A stretch of 64,000 bases of DNA from Candidatus Saccharimonadales bacterium (GTDB taxonomy: Bacteria; Patescibacteriota; Saccharimonadia; Saccharimonadales; UBA10212), in the NCBI GenBank assembly GCA_035480715.1, contig DATIHL010000015.1:72384-136383 (forward strand), in the 5' to 3' direction. Below, piece by piece: positions 9,005 through 16,298 of this stretch. A program made the translations under genes and the position numbers. The notes under the pieces are model-generated. The model saw nothing but the letters and a program-made list of their open reading frames with translations. It was not told the origin of the DNA and made no database searches. Numbering within the stretch: the first letter of the stretch is position 1; every line of letters begins with the position of its first letter.

Positions 9005-10604
9005 TCGATCTTAGTAAACCGATAAATAATGGATGTGGGCGGTCTGGTCGCGAGCGGAATTCTGGGTGTGCTTGCGTGGTCACAAAATATGGATGGTCAA
9101 TAGCTTCGATCATCTCTACAAGATTATCGTCGGGGCTCATACCGCTGGCTAGTAGTCCCCACTTTTCATATTGATTGCGATATTTATTATTAGCTTCGTA
9201 GCGATGGCGATGGCGTTCTATAATCTGCTCCTGGCCGTAAAGTCGACGTGCTTTTGTACCGCGAGTCAGCACACATGGATAGTCACCCAAGCGCATTGTG
9301 CCTCCAGTATTTTCTTTACCGATCTGCTCGGCCATTGTGCTAATCACCGGATCGGGTGTATTGGCGTCAAACTCTGTAGAGTTGGCTTTGCTGAGCCCAG
9401 CCCGTCTGGCAGCAGCAATCAGCGAGACTTGCAAACCCAGACATAGCCCTAGATACGGCACCTTGTTATCCAGCGCATAAGTGGCTGCCCAGACTTTACC
9501 TTCAATACCGCGTGGGCCAAACCCGCCAGGCACCACAAACCCATCTAAACTTCTTAAAAGCTCCTGCTCTTTCTTATCTTTAGGTAAATCTTCTGCCTTT
9601 ATCCATACGATGTCTAGATTAACTTCATTAGCCCAAGCCGCAGCTCTGAGTGCTTCAAAAACGCACATATAGGTGTCTTGATTATCAGTATATTTAGCTA
9701 CCACGCCCACTCGTATTGTTTTACGGTAGCGCGTCAGCGCACTTTTGACGACTCTTTGCCAGGCTTTAAGGTCTGGCCGGCCAGTCCTAAGGCCAAGGTT
9801 CCTGGTGATGACATCGGCAATTTTGGCCTCTTCTAAAGATAGTGGTACTTGATAGATAGTGGGCGCATTAGGCAGCAGTACAATTGCCTCTTGATCGACG
9901 CCAGTAAAGAGGCTTAGCTTGGGCACTACCGAGCGAGTTGGCTTTACCTCGGAACGCGCGACTAAAACATCCGGCACAATACCAAGCCCACGCAGCTCGC
10001 GCACCGAATTTTGGGCTGGTTTAGTCTTGAATTCCCGGCTGGCACCAAGATATGGCATGTAGACAACGTGTACAAACAGGCAGTTCTCTTGCCCTAGTCT
10101 CATGGCCATTTCGCGAATTGCCTCGATGAAACCAAGTGATTCGTAGTCGCCAACCGTTCCGCCAATCTCGGCGATATGTACATCAAAACCATTACCGGCG
10201 GCGGCGATGTTTTTCTGGATCTGGTTGGTTATATGAGGAATAATCTGCACGGTCTGACCCAGATATTTACCTGATCGCTCATCGTTAATAACTTGGCCGA
10301 AAATCTGACCCGACATTAGACTGCTAGCTTTGGTTAGCTCCACATCTAAAAATCGTTCGTAGTGCCCGACATCTAGATCAGTTTCAGCGCCGTCAGCCGT
10401 TACAAAACACTCACCGTGTTCGGCCGGGTTTAGTGTGCCGGCATCGACGTTTAAATACGGGTCGCATTTTTGAATATTTACCGAGAGACCGCGAGCTTTT
10501 AGGATAGTACCGATGGAAGCAGCAGTGATACCTTTGCCGACGCCCGATAAAACACCGCCGGTCACAAAAATATACTTAGTCTGAGCCTTGGCCGCTCTTG
10601 CCAT
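8991..10604 (-). CDS. pyrG: CTP synthase
   Basis: 537 aa. N-terminal KYIFVTGGVLSGVGKGI synthetase domain and C-terminal GATase (GLCLGLQ). The 3' end overlaps rpmA convergently by 14 nt. Confidence 0.95.
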   Translation of the reverse strand: MARAAKAQTKYIFVTGGVLSGVGKGITAASIGTILKARGLSVNIQKCDPYLNVDAGTLNPAEHGECFVTADGAETDLDVGHYERFLDVELTKASSLMSGQIFGQVINDERSGKYLGQTVQIIPHITNQIQKNIAAAGNGFDVHIAEIGGTVGDYESLGFIEAIREMAMRLGQENCLFVHVVYMPYLGASREFKTKPAQNSVRELRGLGIVPDVLVARSEVKPTRSVVPKLSLFTGVDQEAIVLLPNAPTIYQVPLSLEEAKIADVITRNLGLRTGRPDLKAWQRVVKSALTRYRKTIRVGVVAKYTDNQDTYMCVFEALRAAAWANEVNLDIVWIKAEDLPKDKKEQELLRSLDGFVVPGGFGPRGIEGKVWAATYALDNKVPYLGLCLGLQVSLIAAARRAGLSKANSTEFDANTPDPVISTMAEQIGKENTGGTMRLGDYPCVLTRGTKARRLYGQEQIIERHRHRYEANNKYRNQYEKWGLLASGMSPDDNLVEMIEAIDHPYFVTTQAHPEFRSRPDRPHPLFIGLLRSITQR

Positions 10605-10681
10605 GCTTCCTGTTAACCCTCGCTCCTTTAACTACTTAAAATTCTAGCACAATTGAGCGTATCTAACCTAGAGAGGCGAAG

Positions 10682-11911
10682 TTATATTTTGGCTTGTAAA
10701 ATCTGGTAGGCTTTATCTTTTTGTGGATCTTTGGCGGCTTTTTGATCAGCATCGCTGATCTCTATTTTTGTATCAGGCGTAATACCTTGTTTATCGATGT
10801 TTTTACCGTCAGGTGTATACCAGCGGGCTATTGTTACCTTAAGCTCAGAACCATCTAGTAAATTCTCCACTTGCTGAACGCTACCCTTACCAAAGCTCTT
10901 CACGCCGACCAAAGTCGCTGCTCCGTTGTCATGCAGTGCACCGGCAGTTATTTCGGCAGCGCTCGCCGAACCACCATCAATCAGCACAACTGTAGGCATA
11001 CCTTTAAATGGGCTGTCGCCGCTGGCATATTTGGTTGATAGGATGGTCGAACCGCGCCGCTCAGATACGATTGTCTTACCGCTACCAAGCCACAGGCTTG
11101 ATATATTCACTGCACCGTCCAGATATCCACCTGGATCACCGCGCAAATCGAGCACGATAGCTTTAACGCCTTTGCCTTTGAATTCGGAGGCGGCCTTTTG
11201 CGCCAGACCTACAGTGTCGTTGGTAAATTGAGTAATTTTAAGATAACCGATAGCTCCATCTTCGTGGTATTGCACGCTGGGTACGTTAATCTGAGTGCGG
11301 GTGATTGTAACTTCGAAAGGCTTGCCGTTGCCCCTGATGATGGTCAATGTCACATTAGTATTAGCGGCACCGCGAATCTTGCGAACCACGCCATCTATAC
11401 TCAGACCGCTGGTACTTTGGCTATTCACAGCAGCGATGATATCTTTAGGTTTAAGACCGGCTTTTTCGGCCGGATAGCCTGCTAGCGGCGAAACTATGAC
11501 GATATTATTATCAGCGTCTGTGCCTAATTCGGCTCCTATGCCGGTAAAACTGCCCGAGAGTTCATCGTTGAACTCTTTAGCATCTTTAGGACTGAAATAT
11601 ACAGTGTACGGATCCCCAGCTGCACTCACCAGCCCGGATTTTATGCCATCCAACAGCTGCGATTGATTAAGGCTGCCGTCAAAATCGTTATTCAGCAGTC
11701 TATATACCTGATCGACTGACGAGTAGTCAAAAACAGAGGTAGGACTGACCGTTCGAGCCCGGCTCAAGCCCTTTACATTAATGTCTCCTCTACCAATAGC
11801 CAAGCCAGCTCCGAATATAGCAGCCAAAACGCTCAGTACAATGACTGATTTAATGAAGCGGCGCATCCTCCGGCGCCTCGGCCTAATTTCTTGAGCCTCG
11901 TATTCTTCCAC
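10682..11911 (-). CDS. ctpA: S41 carboxy-terminal processing protease with PDZ domain
   Basis: 409 aa, GTG start. N-terminal TM anchor, PDZ (GLKPKDIIAAVN), S41 core (GGSASAAEITAGAL ... SFGKGSVQ). Confidence 0.88.
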   Translation of the reverse strand: MEEYEAQEIRPRRRRMRRFIKSVIVLSVLAAIFGAGLAIGRGDINVKGLSRARTVSPTSVFDYSSVDQVYRLLNNDFDGSLNQSQLLDGIKSGLVSAAGDPYTVYFSPKDAKEFNDELSGSFTGIGAELGTDADNNIVIVSPLAGYPAEKAGLKPKDIIAAVNSQSTSGLSIDGVVRKIRGAANTNVTLTIIRGNGKPFEVTITRTQINVPSVQYHEDGAIGYLKITQFTNDTVGLAQKAASEFKGKGVKAIVLDLRGDPGGYLDGAVNISSLWLGSGKTIVSERRGSTILSTKYASGDSPFKGMPTVVLIDGGSASAAEITAGALHDNGAATLVGVKSFGKGSVQQVENLLDGSELKVTIARWYTPDGKNIDKQGITPDTKIEISDADQKAAKDPQKDKAYQILQAKI

Positions 11912-11990
11912 TAGCTATTTTCTAAATATTAAACTAATGCTTTTTATTATACAGGTTGTAGAGTTATTGGGATTATAGGTTATATGAAAA

Positions 11991-12014
11991 TACTTAACTT
12001 GTTAAGTATTCCCT
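11991..12014. repeat. P palindrome copy 2 (TACTTAAC-TT-GTTAAGTA plus TTCCCT tail)
   Basis: Perfect 8+2+8 palindrome read directly, ~80 nt upstream of the ctpA GTG on the minus strand. Confidence 0.8.
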
Positions 12015-12028
12015 ACTTTTGGAAAAGC

Positions 12029-12130
12029 GAGGCTCTTACTTTCCAGCACATGTGACAAAACAGATAGAGTCCGGACTAATTGGACGGGTGATATCCGGTT
12101 TTCGAGTGTGCTGGAAAGTAAGAGACCGAG
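12029..12130. repeat. structured element family Z, copy 1 (perfect 18-bp outer stem)
   Basis: CTCTTACTTTCCAGCACA (12033-12050) pairs perfectly with TGTGCTGGAAAGTAAGAG (12107-12124). The interior shares blocks CAGCACATGTGA.AAAACAGA.AGAG, ATTGGA, GATATC and CTGGA.AGTAAG with 16193-16296. Lies ~12 nt from the stop of 12136..13263. Confidence 0.6.
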
Positions 12131-12135
12131 CGTCT

Positions 12136-13263
12136 TTAGCCGCCGAAGTAGATATAGATTAGGCCAGAGCCGTTGATGTACATCTCTGAGTAGTGTCCAG
12201 CCAAGTCATAGTTGTATTGGCTGACGTATATCATATTGCCGTTAACCGCCTCTACCCACATAGCATGTCCGTAAGCTCCGCCCATCGATATGGCGACAGA
12301 ATGCACTCTGGGCACTGAGCCCGTAGGAATACCGGCAGACTGTGCGTCAGATGGCCATTGATTAGCATTGCCGACACCACCCCAGTAAGGCATGTAGCCG
12401 TAGGTTTGCTGTACTTTCCAGGCGGTGTAGCTAACGCACTCTCGATTGAGCATTCCCCAAGGATCAATCAGCGAATCCTGGTAGGCATTGTCCAGATATG
12501 CCGGATAACCGCCGTGTCCAGGATCACCGGCAACAGCTGTACCTCCGAGTCGATGATTGGCTGCCAGCTGCTGCATCCGTAAACTGGCAATCTGGGAATT
12601 GTTAGTTTTAATCTGCTGGTCATAATTGGCTTTCTGATCCTGGGTATACGCCAAAAGCTGTGCTTGCTGAGACTCTGACGCATTAATCTGGGCCTGCTGG
12701 GCCTGCTGATCTTTTATCCTACTCTGCAGTTCTCTTTGCTGTTCTTGAAGTTGTTGTTTAAGTTGGTTGATCTGATTTACGGTATCTGTAACCTTATTTT
12801 CCACTGCACTCCGAGACACTTGTTTATTAACGTAATCGCTCAGATCGTTACTACTCGCCAGGATTTCAAGGGTAGAAATCTTGCCCTCTAAATACATGGC
12901 TTTGATGTCTTCACCAAGGACATGTTTTTGGTGGTCAAGTTCGATCTGTTCGGCTTCGATCTTAACCTGCAGCTCGTCACTAGCCTTTTGATTAGATACT
13001 ATGGCCTGTTGCAAATCATCAATTTGTTGCTGCAGCTTATTAACAGCATCCTGATAGCTGCTGGCTTGGGCCGCTAACTGATTGGCCGATTGTTGATTAG
13101 CGGCGTTTTGATCTCGCAGTGCCTGTATTTGAGCGTCAAACTGGTCGGCGCGTACTAGTCCGCCATAGAATGTAGCACCAGCTAAAACTACAGCAATAAC
13201 AATAATCGCCGTTAGCGATTTAATATGAACTATTTTGTATTTTTCTAATTTTTGTTTTAGCAT
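12136..13263 (-). CDS. PcsB-like peptidoglycan hydrolase (signal/TM anchor, long coiled coil, C-terminal CHAP domain)
   Basis: Q-rich coiled coil followed by a CHAP domain (NRECVSYTAWKV ... GHAMWVEAV). Start set at ATG 13263 (MLKQKLEKYK...) because the TTG 13323 extension coincides with a TTGCAT-17-TATTAT promoter. The ORF-track alternative is 12136..13323. Confidence 0.78.
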   Translation of the reverse strand: MLKQKLEKYKIVHIKSLTAIIVIAVVLAGATFYGGLVRADQFDAQIQALRDQNAANQQSANQLAAQASSYQDAVNKLQQQIDDLQQAIVSNQKASDELQVKIEAEQIELDHQKHVLGEDIKAMYLEGKISTLEILASSNDLSDYVNKQVSRSAVENKVTDTVNQINQLKQQLQEQQRELQSRIKDQQAQQAQINASESQQAQLLAYTQDQKANYDQQIKTNNSQIASLRMQQLAANHRLGGTAVAGDPGHGGYPAYLDNAYQDSLIDPWGMLNRECVSYTAWKVQQTYGYMPYWGGVGNANQWPSDAQSAGIPTGSVPRVHSVAISMGGAYGHAMWVEAVNGNMIYVSQYNYDLAGHYSEMYINGSGLIYIYFGG

Positions 13264-13294
13264 CGAACTTTTTATTTTTTGTGCTAACGCTTTG

Positions 13295-13323
13295 ATAATA
13301 CTACACCCTCCACTCGCATGCAA
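13295..13323 (-). promoter_or_regulatory. sigma70-type promoter candidate for the PcsB-like gene
   Basis: Minus strand TTGCAT (13323-13318), 17-nt spacer, TATTAT (13300-13295). Confidence 0.45.
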
Positions 13324-13455
13324 TAGATACGAGCATTGTACAATTCACACTTTGCATCTAGCAGACAGCGCTTTTTATAGGGCTGATTTATAGCTGTTTA
13401 GAAAATGTAAAATGTTAATTAATTGATAGTTGTTAATTGTCGACTTGAGAAATAT

Positions 13456-14400
13456 TTATTGTCTGAGTTTAAGATACCGCCGTGTGGCTACTCCTGACGA
13501 GGCGGCACCAATTATTATACCAATAGCAATTTGTGTAGTCAAAATCAGCCCTAAATGATCCCTGAAATAGTGGTTAGAGAAGCTAATATCCAACAGCCCC
13601 AGACTACTGGCCTGTAAGGTAGAGCTGGCAATCGCAAAAAGCGAAGCGCAAACAATCAAAGACAATATGGCTGCTACAGCACCATAAAGCATCGTTTCAA
13701 CTACAAATGGTCCCCTTATATAGCCGGTGCTAGCACCAAGCAAGCGCATAATTACTAGTTCATCGCGTCGATTAAATATGGCCATCCGGATAGTGTTAAA
13801 GATTATGAGCATAGATATGAAGATAAAGACGATAATTCCGATCACTCCCGCTTGTTCAAAAAAGTGTGTGGCACTAGTGATTTTGTCGATAGCCGCTTTG
13901 CGATCACCCGAATAGCTGGTGGGGTCAGACTGCAGGGCTTTAATGTTTGGTTTATCCAGGAAACTCTTAATACTGGCCAGATTGTTGGGATCAATAGGTT
14001 TAATTACCAAAGTCGCCGGTAAGGGGTTGCTGGTCTCAGAAATTGCTGTCAATAGATCCTTATTATTGGCATTCTGCTGCTCATAGGTCTTTAAAGCCTG
14101 ATCTTTAGAAATATATTCCACCGATTTTACGTTATCTATGGCTTTCAGCTGATTAGTCACGTTGCTACGCTGTTTATCTGTCACACTGTCTTTTAAATAC
14201 ATCGAAACATCAATGTGGCTGGTAATATCAGCGATGGTGTGGCGAAATGTGGCGTTGGCGACCACTGCAAAAAGCAAAATCGTAAGAGTAATCCCCATCA
14301 TGGCGATGGCTGCAATGGCTATCCAAACATTGCGACCAAAATTAATAAAGCCGTTTTTAACGATACGCTCGAGCGTAATAAATCTATGGTCGTCTTTCAT
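13456..14400 (-). CDS. ftsX: cell-division ABC transporter permease FtsX
   Basis: 314 aa. Four TM helices with a large first extracellular loop. 4-nt overlap with ftsE. Confidence 0.9.
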   Translation of the reverse strand: MKDDHRFITLERIVKNGFINFGRNVWIAIAAIAMMGITLTILLFAVVANATFRHTIADITSHIDVSMYLKDSVTDKQRSNVTNQLKAIDNVKSVEYISKDQALKTYEQQNANNKDLLTAISETSNPLPATLVIKPIDPNNLASIKSFLDKPNIKALQSDPTSYSGDRKAAIDKITSATHFFEQAGVIGIIVFIFISMLIIFNTIRMAIFNRRDELVIMRLLGASTGYIRGPFVVETMLYGAVAAILSLIVCASLFAIASSTLQASSLGLLDISFSNHYFRDHLGLILTTQIAIGIIIGAASSGVATRRYLKLRQ

Positions 14401-15080
14401 ACTTCTTTGTACTGGCCGCTGGCCCTATCGGAAACAACTTTGCCGTCTTTTATTGTCACTACTCTTCGTCTAAGCTTATTAACGATTTCCTGGTTGTGCG
14501 TAGTCAGCAGTACGGTGGTACCAAAACGATTTACCTTCTCCAATACCGCGATTACATCCCAAGCGTGCTTAGGATCTAGGTTACCTGTCGGCTCATCAGC
14601 TATCAAAATTTTGGGCTGACGCACGATAGCCCGTGCTATGGCTACGCGTTGGCGCTCACCACCTGATAACTCTAGGGGGTATCGGTTGCCCTTATCTTTC
14701 AGCCCTACCACGTCTAAGACTTTAGGTACCGTGTGTTTAATCTCATTATTAGATATCCCGGCGATCTCTAGGGCAAAAGCGACGTTTTCGGCGACAGTCT
14801 TATTAGGGAGGAGCTTAAAATCCTGAAAAACTACACCGATTTTTCGGCGCAGCAGTGGGATATCTTTATCTTTAAGGTTCTCGTAATCAATACCGCCAAC
14901 GATTATTTTGCCGCTGGTCGGTTTTTCTTCCCTTGTCAGAAGCTTAAAAAGGGTAGATTTGCCAGCACCGCTGGGCCCGACTATCAGAACAAATTCTTTC
15001 GGCTCAACGTGCAAAGAAACACGCTCCAAAGCCGGCCCCCGCCGATTGTACGTCTTAGTTACTCTGTCAAGCAAAATCAT
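14397..15080 (-). CDS. ftsE: cell-division ATP-binding protein FtsE
   Basis: 227 aa. Walker A GPSGAGKST, signature LSGGERQR, Walker B ILIADEPT. Confidence 0.93.
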   Translation of the reverse strand: MILLDRVTKTYNRRGPALERVSLHVEPKEFVLIVGPSGAGKSTLFKLLTREEKPTSGKIIVGGIDYENLKDKDIPLLRRKIGVVFQDFKLLPNKTVAENVAFALEIAGISNNEIKHTVPKVLDVVGLKDKGNRYPLELSGGERQRVAIARAIVRQPKILIADEPTGNLDPKHAWDVIAVLEKVNRFGTTVLLTTHNQEIVNKLRRRVVTIKDGKVVSDRASGQYKEV

Positions 15081-15101
15081 TACCGCTATAGTATAACAAA
15101 A

Positions 15102-15130
15102 AGGGTTACAGGGTCAGAGGGTTGTAGGGT
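15102..15130 (+). repeat. four tandem AGGGT(T) units at 8-nt period (G3N5G3N5G3N5G3)
   Basis: AGGGTTAC AGGGTCAG AGGGTTGT AGGGTTAT read directly, between the ftsE start (15080) and the inverted repeat at 15147. Confidence 0.7.
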
Positions 15131-15168
15131 TATAGATAATAAATTATGACAGAGTAGGGATTTTGCCT

Positions 15169-15200
15169 GGCGGCGGGGCTGGAATGCTCGCCCCGCCGCC
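15169..15200 (-). terminator. GC-rich hairpin downstream of the island-1 ORF (no U tract)
   Basis: GGCGGCGGGGC / GCCCCGCCGCC, a perfect 11-bp stem with a 10-nt loop, 17 nt past the TGA at 15217-15219. Confidence 0.5.
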
Positions 15201-15216
15201 ATGACATGTTGCGCGA

Positions 15217-16041
15217 TCAGCTCGCCCTCATGATCTGAGCTGGCTGAGCCGAAGGATGTCGGTAGTCCGCACGAACCTCCTCGATCTCCTCCTCGGTCAT
15301 GCCGAGCTTGAGACCGAGACACTCGACAGCCGCTCTGAGATCCTCGATCTGATCCACCGAAAGGAGAGCGTGGGTTCGCAGCTTCTGTTCCGGAAGACTG
15401 ACAAGTCTGCCGATAGTCCCGACTTCTCCAGCACGGATCGCTGCGGCGGTACCTCTCCCGAGTCCCGGCAGTTGGACTACAGGCCACTCAAGCACCTCTG
15501 CCGGCGATGGCTGCTGCCTCAGCTCCGCGACCTCGGCGTCGCGCCAGATCGGCTGCACTGCCCCCTGAAACCTGCTTTCACGGAACTTGGCGTCCGGGAA
15601 CCAGTCTTCAAATACCCGACAGGTGTAACGCGACATCCTCGGCTCGAGCTGTTCACCGAGGACCACCAGCGACACCAGCTCCAGCCAGTTCTCCGGAAGC
15701 TGCTCGAGTGACGTTGCGTTCTCGACCATCTCGGCGAGGAACGCGCGCACATCACTGACGAACTTGTCGCTGTCCATCCACTTGAGGATGGTGTGGTAGC
15801 TCTTGCGGGTATAGCGCCGGAAGATCTGGAACATCGAGTCTTCCTTGAACGGATGGATCCACCACATGTCGTCCGCCCCCAGACGCACGTCGATGATCTC
15901 GACCGTCTGAGCGTTGGCCTCGATGACCGCATCGTCATGCAAGTGCAACCTCTCCGGCGTATCAAGCGAGCAGCCGATCAACAGTACGATCGGCCCATCG
16001 AGCTCCGGGTACTGACTAAAATCCAAGTTCACTTGGATCAC
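15217..16041 (-). CDS. hypothetical protein with RpoA alpha-CTD-like (HhH)2 C-terminal domain, high-GC
   Basis: 274 aa, GTG start. The C-terminus VVQLPGLGRGTAAAIRAGEVGTIGRLVSLPEQKLRTHALLSVDQIEDLRAAVECLGLKLGM aligns position-for-position with E. coli RpoA CTD ([60 protein letters not shown]). The N-terminal ~190 aa is unassigned. Confidence 0.65.
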   Translation of the reverse strand: MIQVNLDFSQYPELDGPIVLLIGCSLDTPERLHLHDDAVIEANAQTVEIIDVRLGADDMWWIHPFKEDSMFQIFRRYTRKSYHTILKWMDSDKFVSDVRAFLAEMVENATSLEQLPENWLELVSLVVLGEQLEPRMSRYTCRVFEDWFPDAKFRESRFQGAVQPIWRDAEVAELRQQPSPAEVLEWPVVQLPGLGRGTAAAIRAGEVGTIGRLVSLPEQKLRTHALLSVDQIEDLRAAVECLGLKLGMTEEEIEEVRADYRHPSAQPAQIMRAS

Positions 16042-16192
16042 CGTCCTTTCTGATCGCGGGTTTCTCTACTCTGTCAAGTTACTGCTTGGGAGCCACCCAA
16101 ACAGCAGCTCGACCAAACTTCATCACAATTATACAATAATTAGCACGTTAAGTAAATATATTGTCGGGCATCATGCAGAACTTTGACTGCAC

Positions 16193-16296
16193 GAGGCTCC
16201 TTGCTTGACAGCACATGTGAAAAAACAGAGAGAGCTTTGACCGATTGGAGAAGCGATATCTTGTTTTTGAACGTACTGGAGAGTAAGGGGCTGAGG
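16193..16296. repeat. structured element family Z, copy 2 (degenerate outer stem)
   Basis: Homologous to 12029-12130, sharing blocks CAGCACATGTGA, AAAACAGA, ATTGGA, GATATC and CTGGAGAGTAAG. Ends 3 nt from the prfB stop (16299-16301). Confidence 0.55.
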
Positions 16297-16298
16297 AA

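Larger units (their letters stand above)
15060..16078. mobile_element. candidate integrated high-GC element (about 1 kb) bounded by 12-bp direct repeats with an internal inverted copy
   Basis: TACTCTGTCAAG occurs at 15060-15071 (inside ftsE codons 4-7) and again at 16067-16078. An inverted copy TGACAGAGTAGGGA at 15147-15160 matches TCTCTACTCTGTCA at 16063-16076 (13/14). The interior is GC-rich (38/60 G+C in 15541-15600 versus 23/60 in 14041-14100). No transposase or integrase is recognisable. Confidence 0.35.

Noticed and set aside
15086-16053. Five alternative-frame ORFs (15086..15487, 15256..15711, 15507..15758, 15519..15965, 15793..16053) overlapping the island-1 gene
   Set aside because: This is typical stop-codon depletion in high-GC DNA, giving Arg/Ala/Pro/Ser-rich nonsense products. 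Only 15217..16041 has a recognisable domain and a downstream hairpin.
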